Assembly (NCBI GenBank): GCA_963766075.1
Contig: CAVYAN010000013.1
Coordinates: 1-64,000, forward strand
Direction: 5' to 3'
Source: an uncultured cyanobacterium
GTDB taxonomy: Bacteria; Cyanobacteriota; Cyanobacteriia; Leptolyngbyales; Leptolyngbyaceae
Length of the DNA: 64,000 bases
The notes beneath the pieces are model-generated. The model did not search any database. It saw nothing but the letters and a program-made list of their open reading frames with translations, and had not been told where the DNA came from. Below are positions 1-9,499 of this stretch, piece after piece. The translations under genes and the position numbers were made by a program. How positions within the stretch are numbered: the first letter of the stretch is position 1; each line of letters begins with the position of its first letter.

Positions 1-1148
1 GTCATCCTTTTAGGGAGAATAATCCATTAAGGTAAGCCGTACGGTGGGCTAAGACTTGTGGCACATTTTCAGCGTCCCACTGTGCTCCAGATATTTGCAC
101 CCGACGGTTAATTTGCTTAATCGCCGACTCAACGGCTCCAGAACCAATAGAACAGATGCCCTCAGCTTGATAGTAAGCATAGTTGACAATCCGGTGGCGA
201 TGCTTTTCGAGATAGGTGCAGAAGTTGTACGCCTGTTTCCGCTTCATATCCTTGAAGAGCGCCATCGTCTCATCCACCTGACCTTTCCATAAGTAGGCTT
301 CTGCTTGACGCAGGCGTTTGAGCGAACCACCGACTTTTTGTAAGTTTTCGTTGAGATGATACCAGTCTAAAATCTCCCGCCGTTGTTCGGGAGTTGCAAT
401 TGCCGCAATCAGGTTCCAAACACCGTCATGACCATCGCCCAAACAAGTGATAGGTGTACTTAAAGGTTGGCTATTCACCCAATCGATTAAGGGTTGATTT
501 TGATGCAGATTAGCCACCACACCCTGGTCGGTCGCAATCGCTTTGTAGTCGCGCCAGATGCAGAGGTCGCCCACAGGAGTCCGTAATCGCACCTTACCCC
601 CGTCAACACAGGCTTCCGTGATGGGTTGGAGGACCACTGGGGCGGGGAAATCGGTCGTTTGGACCAACCGCTGTTGCGTGTTGTCACTCACCACCATGCC
701 TGTGAGCAGCGCTACATCGGATTCTGCATTGGCATAGCTCACATTCGCACTAACGCGCAAGCAGCATAATTCTAAATACGGGCTGATTTGCTTGCCTGCA
801 GCCACACCTAAGGCTTGACCTTGTTTCTCGCTCAAGGGGAGGCGACCTAAAATACTTTTTAGGGTGCGGATGTATCCGGCGTTTGTACCTGTAATTGCTG
901 TGATAAAAAAACACCGACTTGGGGACCCACATGTTCCTGAAGTTGCGCGCGAATCCCGGCCTCAATCTGTCCCAGATTTGTCATCTGACTTTTATCTGCG
1001 TCGGCATACAAAATCTTGGCAATGGCTTGCACGTGCTCATCGATCTGAGCTTTTTCGGCTGGGGTCATGGATATACACTCCCTAAGTCAGGCTCAAACCC
1101 TGATTATACAAGACTTATTTTTCTACCCAAAAGGGTGACATGCTCCCC
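1..1148 (-). mobile_element. ISKra4/ISLre2-type insertion sequence (left end runs off the window)
   Basis: Contains a DDE transposase. The reverse complement of 1126-1147 (GGGAGCATGTCACCCTTTTGGG) matches the window start GTCATCCTTTTAGGG, giving terminal inverted repeats. No HIP1 octamers seen inside. Confidence 0.8.
2..1068 (-). CDS. ISKra4-family transposase, two ORFs (859-1068 and 2-835 frame) joined by a -1 frameshift at a T7 run (905-911)
   Basis: Motifs DGGKVRLR, LGDGHDGVW, ILDWYHL and IGSGAVESAIKQ are present. Shifting -1 at GTTTTTTTATC gives a continuous ...GVFFITAITGTNAGYIRTLKSILGRLPLSEKQ... of about 355 aa. Confidence 0.8.
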
Positions 1149-1574
1149 ATTCAGATGTCCTTACAATACCGATATCTCGGAAGCTTGAACAGCTATTTTC
1201 CATAATGAGAATTGCTGAAATTGAGTGGTCTGTGGTTGACAAGTCTACAGATACTGTTTTGAGACAACTGCGTGCCGCACATCCAGATCCAGCAGCATGT
1301 AAAATGACTAGATTCAGTCATTTTGACTCTTGATGCTCTCGAGCATCAGAAGTAGGTAAAACGTGCCCATTACCCACCACAAAATGTCTTCGTGGCCTAG
1401 CCGATTGCTTTTCGGCAGTTGGTGTGCAAGAACTTTTTTATGTGGCGATCATTTTTAAATTGATTCATTTAGATTGGCATTTTAGCTTTTTCCATTTTAA
1501 ATGTCGCTCAGTTTACCATCGGAATCAAGTCATATACTAATCCACCCAGATATGAAGCCGAGACGGAGTGTAAT

Positions 1575-3177
1575 TTAAGCCGGGAAATCCTCTAGGTGAA
1601 AGGGATTTGGGCGATGTAAGTTTAGTGACCGGCGAGCCAGGGGAAGATCACCCATATGGTCAGTTACCCACTCAAACAGATCGGGAAATTGATAATCAAA
1701 TAAGCGTTGCGCGGCGGTGGTGCCGTCGGGCCGCTGCAGATGAAAATTGTGGATGATGGTCAGCACTTTCAAGGTCTGGGGAGAGAAACCTCGTCCGGCA
1801 TGATGCAGGCGAGTGAGATAGCCATTACGCCCTTCGATGGCGAAGGAGGTGCGTTGATAATGATTCGCCATCCAACGGGCCCAATCAATCCAAGTTTGGC
1901 GTTCCTCGGCGGTCAGGGATTGGGTCAGCGGGTGCGCCAGCAATTTCTGGGCCGCCTAGTCAGCGGCTTGCTGGTAGCGGACTTTGAACTCACTGTGCTG
2001 GGTTTTATCGCTTTGCTGGAGCCAGTAAACCCAGGGCAATAAAACGCTTAACACCCAATTTGGGATCGCGATGGATGCGGTTTGCGTCTCCAGTGCCTGG
2101 GTCGTCCAGCGCCACCAGGCATGGAGTCCTTGTGCCAAATCGGGAAGTTGCTGTTCAAAAGCGGCCATGGCTAGAGGCGCTTTCTGTCCCCCATAGGTTT
2201 GACCCAACTGCCGCAGTTGCTGTAAGGGTGTTTGGAGGGTGGCGGTAATATCGCTAAAAGTCTGCGGTTCGGGCGTGTCGAGGGTAAAGGGATGAAAGCT
2301 CAGGGTGAGGGTGGCCATCGCCTCATGATACTGCTGTTGGGCTTGGGTTAAGGTGGCTGGGTGGGTGGCGAGGTCGTCAAGGTATCCTCCAGCTTTAGCC
2401 GCCTTGCGGCATCCTGGGTGTCGGCCACTTTGGCTTTGAGCGCCTTCAGTTGTTTGGCTAAACTGGCCTGCTGTCGCCCGAGGGCACTGCCAATGGGTTG
2501 ACCTAAACCCCGCAGGACATGAAACAGATCGGGCACACTCACACAACCCAAGCCATCTGTCGCCAACTTAATTAAGGCCTTGGCGCGGTCACTGACCATG
2601 AAACGACAATGCCACCCAGACTGCTGCCACCACGATTGGATTTGCGCTTTCCAGGTGGCATAACTGCGATCCTCACTTTGCACTTCCGTGAATATATAGC
2701 CACTGGCGAGCTCGGCGAGCACCAGTACCGGCAAGCCAAAGAATACTTCATCACCACCCACGCAAATCCCTTGGCCGACCTGGGGGTGACAATGCTCCGC
2801 TTGAAACAGCAACTTCAATCGTCGCCTGAAGTTGCTGTTTCAAGGTGGCCAGCGCACTCGGCGAATACCCAACCTGTCTGTCCTGCTAACCGCAAGGCTT
2901 GCAAAAATTGGGACACTTCGCCCACCCCTATGCCATGCTTGAGTCCAAAGAAAAACAGACTGCCAATCACCAACTTTTTCAGCCAAGCACTCCCGGCTGC
3001 CGTTTCCCACCACTCAGATTCGGGGTACTGGTTTCGCCGCTCAATCGCCTGTTGATGACGATGCACGCTACTCTTTGCGATCCCGGTGGCAGCAGCGATT
3101 GCGGCTACCCCTGTGACTGATTGCTCTTTGACGATTTGGAAGACTTTTTGCCCCCGTTCTCGTATAGTTGGCTTCAT
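1575..3177 (-). pseudogene. Decayed DUF6399-type transposase (fragments 2815-3177, 2348-2818, ~1956-2390, 1575-1943)
   Basis: N-terminal HTH-like segment (IAAATGIAKSSVHRH), GGDEVFF, MVSDRAKALIKLA, PDLFH, RTSFAIEGRNG and DGTTAAQRLF motifs. Several frameshifts plus an in-frame TAG at 1956-1958. Confidence 0.75.
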
Positions 3178-3353
3178 CGTTCCCTCTCTTTAATTTGCAA
3201 GGGTACGATACACGGCTCTGGGCCTGGCCGCAGAGCTTTTTTTGTGGGTGTCTATTTATACGGACTGGAGGACCGCTTCTTGTCCCGCTTTATGGAATAC
3301 TCCGAAGATTTCACAAAACCTATAGCAATCTGGTGTTCGATTTTGATTTGTGT

Positions 3354-4535
3354 TCACCTGGGCAGAGTGCTCAACGCTTCGAACTGTTGCCAACAAAGAT
3401 AGAGGGCACGGGGCACATGGAAACAACCCTTCCATTTGCCCCCCTTCAGATTCAGCAGTACTTCGCCCCGCCGATTCAAATAGCCAAACCATTCGCCATA
3501 TTCTGAATCAGTAAAATGCGCCCAGGTATATGCATGTAATTTCTGGTACCACTCCCAGCAGGCAGCACGTCCCGTGAGCCGATAGCCCATTGCTAAAGCC
3601 ACCAAGGTTTCCACGTGTACCCACCACAATTTTTGATCCCATTCCAACTGCTGGGGCGGATGGCCCGCAGCATCCATAAAGTAATACAAGCCGCCGTATT
3701 CCCGATCCCAAGCAAACTCAAGGATGTTGAGCACAATATCCACGGCTTGATTTATCAAAGCCACATCGTGGCGACGCTGGGCAATGTCCATCATGAACCA
3801 CATGGCTTCGATGCCGTGGCCGGGATTAATCAATCGCCCGTCAAAGCAATCCAGGCGAGAACCATCGGGGGCAACTTGTTCGTAGAGCAGGCCACGATTG
3901 CCATCCAAAAAATCAGTCATTACTTCGGTGATGGTGCGATCGAGGACGCGATCGCGCTCCGCACTCGGCAACAGTTCCCCCATTTCCAAGGTCAAATTTG
4001 CCAAAATCATCGGCACCGCCAGCGACTTCATCGGTCGGGTACCGGGATAGGTTTTGCTGTACTGTCCCTTAGGATTGTCTTGACGGCGCAACACATTACC
4101 ATAGGCTTGCATCGCCACGGCCTTCGCCCAATCCGCGCCCGCCGCTTGTCCATATTGGCTAAAAGCCATCGCCGCAAAACAGTCAGAAAAAATATTGTAG
4201 GGCTGCACCAGCGGCGCACCCTCACGAGTCACGGCAAAATACCAATTCCCCTCCGGATCCCGGCCATAGTGCGCCAGAAATTGCGCGCCATGGCCGGCAA
4301 TTTTCAGCCAATTTTCCTGCGGTGCAATTTGATTGCACAACCAGGAGAAAGTCCAGACTTGGCGATTTTGTAGCCAGATAAACTTGTCCGTATCATAAAT
4401 CTGACCGCTCCGATCTAAACAGGTGAAATACCCCCCCCGCTCCCAATCTACGGAATGCTGCTCCCAAAAAGGCAGCACATTATCCAACAGCGTTGTTTTA
4501 TAGAGGGCTGCAAGGGCAGAAAAACTGTAGTCCAT
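3354..4535 (-). CDS. N-acylglucosamine 2-epimerase (AGE family)
   Basis: [39 protein letters not shown] and [10 protein letters not shown] motifs. Start placed at MDYSF (4535). Confidence 0.9.
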   Translation of the reverse strand: MDYSFSALAALYKTTLLDNVLPFWEQHSVDWERGGYFTCLDRSGQIYDTDKFIWLQNRQVWTFSWLCNQIAPQENWLKIAGHGAQFLAHYGRDPEGNWYFAVTREGAPLVQPYNIFSDCFAAMAFSQYGQAAGADWAKAVAMQAYGNVLRRQDNPKGQYSKTYPGTRPMKSLAVPMILANLTLEMGELLPSAERDRVLDRTITEVMTDFLDGNRGLLYEQVAPDGSRLDCFDGRLINPGHGIEAMWFMMDIAQRRHDVALINQAVDIVLNILEFAWDREYGGLYYFMDAAGHPPQQLEWDQKLWWVHVETLVALAMGYRLTGRAACWEWYQKLHAYTWAHFTDSEYGEWFGYLNRRGEVLLNLKGGKWKGCFHVPRALYLCWQQFEALSTLPR

Positions 4536-4608
4536 TGTGATGGGAACGTTCCGGGAATCAGCAACACCCAGTATGATGGGCAAGTGAACTTGAGTGCAAT
4601 ATTTCTTT

Positions 4609-5259
4609 ATGAACTACGTCACGACCACGGACCTACTGGCACATCTCAACTGGCGCTATGCCACTAAGAAGTTTGATCCAGCCCAGGCGATCGCTCCCGA
4701 AACCTGGGCAGCGCTAGCCGAAGCGCTCGTGCTGACGCCTTCTTCCTACGGACTACAACCGTGGAAGTTTTTCGTCGTCACCAGTCCAGAACTCAAGGAA
4801 CAGCTCAAACCCCTGTCGTGGAATCAAGCCCAAGTCACAGATTGTTCGCATTATGTGATTTTTACCATTAAGAAAAACCTGACCGCCGATCATGTCGATC
4901 ATTTCGTAGCCCGCACGGCAGAAGTGCGCGGCATCACTGCCGAATCGCTGGCGGGCTACCGCAACATGATGGTGAGTGATGTGGTTTCCGGTGCCCGCAG
5001 CTTTAATGTCAATGAATGGGCCGCGCGGCAAGCCTACATTGCCCTCGGCAATTTCATGACCAGTGCGGCGGTCTTGGGCGTTGACACCTGCCCCATGGAA
5101 GGAATTGACCCCGCCAAATATGATCAACTGCTAGGACTGCCCGCCAAAGGCTACGCCACCGTGGTGGCTTGCGCCGCCGGCTATCGGGCAGCGGATGACA
5201 AGTACGCGGCCCTCGCCAAGGTCAGATTTTCCCAGTCAGAAGTTCTGGAAATCCTGTAA
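4609..5259 (+). CDS. NAD(P)H-dependent FMN nitroreductase (NfsB-like)
   Basis: [20 protein letters not shown] and GVDTCPMEG motifs. Confidence 0.9.
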   Translation: MNYVTTTDLLAHLNWRYATKKFDPAQAIAPETWAALAEALVLTPSSYGLQPWKFFVVTSPELKEQLKPLSWNQAQVTDCSHYVIFTIKKNLTADHVDHFVARTAEVRGITAESLAGYRNMMVSDVVSGARSFNVNEWAARQAYIALGNFMTSAAVLGVDTCPMEGIDPAKYDQLLGLPAKGYATVVACAAGYRAADDKYAALAKVRFSQSEVLEIL

Positions 5260-5364
5260 CGGTTTGCCAAGCATTGTTTGAGGCGATTAAATCCCCTCAA
5301 ACAATGCGGTTCTCCAGAGCCCGCCTTGGGAAATTGCCTGGGGTGGATTCTGGGCACAATGGTC

Positions 5365-6447
5365 CTAAATTCCCAGGTAAATCCCTAAGCCCCGCGCCGT
5401 TTTGGCCAAGGTGCCTTCCGGATCCACCGCCGCATACTGGGCGATCGCCGCACTCAAGGGAGCCGACACCACTTGGCGATTTTGCCAGGTGACCACATGA
5501 TCAAACTTACCTTGGGCAATCAGGTCCACCGCCGCCACCCCAAACGCCGCACTCAGCAGGCGATCGCTGGCAGAAGGTGTCGCCCCCCGTTGGGTATACC
5601 CCAGCACCGTCACCCGCGTTTCCGCCTGCATCCGCCCACAGATTTGCGCCGATAAATACTGGCCAATTCCCCCTAGTCGACATTGCTCCGCATTGCTATC
5701 CACCACCACCGAAGCGCCATCCTCCGTGCGCACCGCCTCCGCCACAATAATTAAGCAGTAGTTTTTACCCTGATCTGCCCGGTATTGAATCGTTCGACAA
5801 ATGCCCTCCACTGTGTAGGGGATTTCCGGAATCAGGATAATATCGGCCCCGCCCGCAATGCCTGCCGTAATGGCAATATGCCCCGCATCCCGACCCATAA
5901 CCTCCAGAATCATCACCCGCTCGTGGCTGGCCGCCGTAAAGTGCAGTCGATCCAACGCCTCCGTGGCAATATTGACCGCCGTATCAAACCCAATCGATCG
6001 CTCCGTCAACGCCACATCGTTATCAATCGTTTTTGGAATTCCCACTAAATTCAGGTTGCCCTGCTGGGCAATCTTGCGCAAAATTGCCAAACTGCCATCG
6101 CCGCCAATGCCAATTAGCGCATCTAGGCCCAGGAGTCGATAGCCCTCAATAATGTCCGCCGAGCGATCGGCCAAACTGCCATCCGGCAAAGGATAGGCAA
6201 AGGGATTCCCCTTATTCGTTGTGCCCAAAAAGGTGCCCCCCGCCGTCAGAAACGGATCCACCTTATCCGGAGTCAGATGCATAGCCCGAGGCGGTCGCGC
6301 CATCATGCCCACCGTGGCTTGTCGAATCCCGTAAACCTCCCAACCGTAGGTATTGACCGCTGCATGGACCACGGCTCGCACGGCTGCATTGAGTCCAGCA
6401 CAGTCACCGCCACTGGTTAAAATACCGATTCGCTTCAAATCGCCCAT
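5365..6447 (-). CDS. pfkA: 6-phosphofructokinase (PfkA family)
   Basis: ILTSGGDCAGLN, GGTFLGT, IGGDGS, IPKTIDND, EVMGRDAG and VLGYTQRG motifs. Confidence 0.93.
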   Translation of the reverse strand: MGDLKRIGILTSGGDCAGLNAAVRAVVHAAVNTYGWEVYGIRQATVGMMARPPRAMHLTPDKVDPFLTAGGTFLGTTNKGNPFAYPLPDGSLADRSADIIEGYRLLGLDALIGIGGDGSLAILRKIAQQGNLNLVGIPKTIDNDVALTERSIGFDTAVNIATEALDRLHFTAASHERVMILEVMGRDAGHIAITAGIAGGADIILIPEIPYTVEGICRTIQYRADQGKNYCLIIVAEAVRTEDGASVVVDSNAEQCRLGGIGQYLSAQICGRMQAETRVTVLGYTQRGATPSASDRLLSAAFGVAAVDLIAQGKFDHVVTWQNRQVVSAPLSAAIAQYAAVDPEGTLAKTARGLGIYLGI

Positions 6448-6642
6448 AGTATTGTTAGTAGGATTGTTAGTCAGTCATTGGTTAGTCAGCCATTGTTGGT
6501 TAGTGCGAAGGTGCAGCCGATCGGACTCGGCCTGCTTTCGCCACCGCTTAGCACTCTACAGACTGGATGGATTCAACCAACCGGGAAAGTTAAAAAACAA
6601 CGAGTAAAGTTAAAAAAGTTAGCGTTCATCACTGAGAGATTC

Positions 6643-7680
6643 ATGCCCGACAATTTGCCGTCTGCCGATTTACCCACCGTCCCCCTATTTCCTGAGTCGC
6701 TCCCAGACCCTGCCCTCCCGGACTCCACTCTCCTGGAGCACCTGCATTCTGGGCTAATTCCTGCTGCTCCTGCCGGGTTCAAGTCTGGATTCGTTGGGAT
6801 TATTGGGCGTCCCAATGTGGGCAAATCGACGCTGATGAATCACCTCGTCGGACAGAAAATCGCCATCACCTCACCCGTGGCCCAAACCACACGCAATCGG
6901 TTGCGGGGAATTTTGACCACGCCGGAGGCCCAGATTATTTTTGTGGATACGCCGGGAATTCATAAACCCCACCACAAGCTGGGAGAAGTTCTGGTCAAAA
7001 ACGCCCAGAGCGCTATTCACGCCGTCGATGTACTGCTGTTTGTGGTGGATGGGTCTGTAGAGATGGGCGGGGGCGATCGCTTCATTGCCGACCTGCTCAG
7101 CCATTGCCCAGCCCCCATCATCCTGGGCATCAATAAAGCAGACCAACAGCCCGATGACGTGCCCCTCCAGGACGACGTGCATCCCCTAGACGAGGGCTAT
7201 TTAGATCTGGCGGAAACCTATGGCTGGAGTGTCGCCAAATTCTCGGCTCTGACCGGGGAAGGCTGTCTCGATCTGCAAACCATTTTGATTGAGGACTTGG
7301 AGCCCGGTCCCTACTATTACCCGCCGGACCTCGTCACGGATCAGCCCGAACGCTTCATTATGGGCGAACTGATTCGGGAACAAATTTTGCTGCTGACCCG
7401 CGAAGAAGTGCCCCATTCCGTGGCGATCGCCATTGAAAAAGTCGATGAGCAGGAAACCCTCACCCATGTGTTTGCCACTATCCATGTTGAGCGTGATTCC
7501 CAAAAGGGAATTGTGATTGGCAAGCAGGGCTCCATGCTGAAGGCGATCGGCACCGCGGCTCGCCAGCAAATGCAAAAGCTGATTTCTGGCAAGGTTCATC
7601 TGGAACTGTTTGTGAAAGTACAGCCCAAGTGGCGGCAGTCTCGGACTCGGCTCGCTGAATTGGGCTATCGGGAAGAGTAG
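6643..7680 (+). CDS. era: GTPase Era
   Basis: GRPNVGKSTL, QTTR, DTPG, NKAD and EEVPHS motifs plus KH-domain VIGKQG. Start placed at ATG 6643. Confidence 0.95.
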   Translation: MPDNLPSADLPTVPLFPESLPDPALPDSTLLEHLHSGLIPAAPAGFKSGFVGIIGRPNVGKSTLMNHLVGQKIAITSPVAQTTRNRLRGILTTPEAQIIFVDTPGIHKPHHKLGEVLVKNAQSAIHAVDVLLFVVDGSVEMGGGDRFIADLLSHCPAPIILGINKADQQPDDVPLQDDVHPLDEGYLDLAETYGWSVAKFSALTGEGCLDLQTILIEDLEPGPYYYPPDLVTDQPERFIMGELIREQILLLTREEVPHSVAIAIEKVDEQETLTHVFATIHVERDSQKGIVIGKQGSMLKAIGTAARQQMQKLISGKVHLELFVKVQPKWRQSRTRLAELGYREE

Positions 7681-7793
7681 CTTCTCCCCTTAGCCCCGAA
7701 AAATCTGCGCCACCCCGGCCTTTATCGAGTAACCTAGCCGCAGTTGGGCCTGTTGCTGGGGCTGACTGGATATTTTGTGGCTGTTGAGGAAGC

Positions 7794-9200
7794 ATGAGCC
7801 AATCGAGTACGTTATGTCGTCCGTCGCTGCTGGACTTAGCGCGGGCTGGAAACTTTCAGGCGATCGCCCGCTGGATGAATAGTTTGCTTGGACCACAGGG
7901 CATCAGTATTCAGGTGCAGTCCGCCCGCTCCCAAACCTTGAACATTTGGATTCACTTCCACAACCCCCCCCAGCGCGAGCTCTGTCTGCGGGCCAAACAG
8001 CGGCTGGTGAAATTTATTTGTTATCGCCTGTGGACCTTAAACTCCGCCGTGATTTGCGATGTGCGCATTGCTGCCCGCATTGCCGGAGAGTCGCCAGTTC
8101 TGTGGCAAGAACTGGTCCGCATCAAAACCCCGGCCAATGCCACCCGGATCCGCCCCCGTCAAAAGCTAGCCTGGACCCAGTTTCAAATTCTGCGATCGGC
8201 CTTTTTCAGTCGCTTTGCCTTCGCGGGCTTTGTGCTGTGCTACTGGCTGCTGCACTGGGAACTCAGCCGCCCCCGAGAACACATTCTGGCCGCTTCAGCT
8301 ACGGCCCCCTCTCCGAACGCCCCCGCCCTGCTATACAAAGAGGGGCAACTGTCCGCAGGCATTAGCAGCCCCCGGCAGGACTTTCCCCAACAGCCGCCCA
8401 TTTCCGCCGCCCCCCAGGCCTTTGTGGGCAAAGTGGTTAGTATTGCTCCCGGCTTAGAGGACCAAAAGGTCGTAGCCCTTACCTTTGATGACGGCCCTTG
8501 GGAAGGCAGTACGGAGAAAGTACTAGAAATCCTCAAGCAAAACGACATCAAAGCCACCTTTTACATGGTGGGGCTGCAACTGCAAAAAAATCCCCAGATT
8601 GCTCGCCAAGTGGCTGCTGCGGGCCATGCGATCGGCAATCATACGTGGCGACATCCCATTGCTGACTTGGACACCCCCACTGCGGCTGAAGAAGTCGGCA
8701 ATACAGCCCGTTTGATCTATCAAGCCACAGGAGTCCGCACGAATTTATTCCGGCCTCCGGGCGGAAATCTAACGGGAGCACTGGTGCCCTATGCCCAACA
8801 GCAAAAGTATTCGATTAACCTCTGGTCAGTAGAATCAAATGATTACTACGTCAGTGCGCCCCTAATTGTGGATAACGTGTTGCAGGGAGTGAAGCCGGGC
8901 AGTGTGGTGCTGATGCACGATGGCGGCGGCGATCGCACGGCCACTGTCCAAGCCCTGCCCCAAATCATCGCCGCCCTGCGCCGTCAAGGCTACCGTTTTG
9001 TCACCGTGCCCGAACTGCTGACCCTGTCCGCCAAAGCCACCGCCGCCCCCAGTCCCGCCAACCCCTCGGGATCGCCGTCCGCAACGCCAACATCCACAAT
9101 GTCAACATTCCCAGCAACCACATCCCCAGCAACCACATCCTCAGCAACCACATCCCCAGCCTTAAATTTCGGCCCTCCTAGCCCTGGTAGTATGCCCTAA
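7794..9200 (+). CDS. Polysaccharide deacetylase (NodB/CE4) with an N-terminal extra domain and one TM helix
   Basis: LTFDDGP, GNHTWRH, FRPPGG and VLMHDGGG motifs; Ser/Thr/Pro-rich tail. Confidence 0.88.
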   Translation: MSQSSTLCRPSLLDLARAGNFQAIARWMNSLLGPQGISIQVQSARSQTLNIWIHFHNPPQRELCLRAKQRLVKFICYRLWTLNSAVICDVRIAARIAGESPVLWQELVRIKTPANATRIRPRQKLAWTQFQILRSAFFSRFAFAGFVLCYWLLHWELSRPREHILAASATAPSPNAPALLYKEGQLSAGISSPRQDFPQQPPISAAPQAFVGKVVSIAPGLEDQKVVALTFDDGPWEGSTEKVLEILKQNDIKATFYMVGLQLQKNPQIARQVAAAGHAIGNHTWRHPIADLDTPTAAEEVGNTARLIYQATGVRTNLFRPPGGNLTGALVPYAQQQKYSINLWSVESNDYYVSAPLIVDNVLQGVKPGSVVLMHDGGGDRTATVQALPQIIAALRRQGYRFVTVPELLTLSAKATAAPSPANPSGSPSATPTSTMSTFPATTSPATTSSATTSPALNFGPPSPGSMP

Positions 9201-9309
9201 ATCGTCGGCTGCACTGGGCCGAATTCAAGCCATAAGCATGGCCTGCGATCGGCGTAGTAGGCAGTTTTCGACAAATAACCTGCTGCTTCCCTGTGGGAAG
9301 CCAGCCACA

Positions 9310-9371
9310 ACTCCGCTCAGCCAGCGAGAGATTGCTCCCTGAGCGGAGTCGAAGAGGACAATCTCAGTCGA
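9310..9371. repeat. REP-like palindromic element (core CTTCGACTCCGCTCAG), copy 1
   Basis: ACTCCGCTCAG (9310-9320) and CTGAGCGGAGTCGAAG (9339-9354) form an inverted pair. The reverse complement aligns with 15507-15548. Confidence 0.75.
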
Positions 9372-9499
9372 TAGATTCTTGCATGGAAATCTTCTTAATC
9401 TCTGAATCTTAATCTCTGATCACCTTAGTACGTCAGCACTAAAAAGGCATACTATGGTTGAGACTGAATCGCTTAATCCCTACGTTTGTTCCCCAACCG

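Noticed and set aside
1550..3300. Terminal inverted repeats and target-site duplication for the DUF6399 element
   Set aside because: Only weak similarity between the candidate ends, so boundaries cannot be supported.
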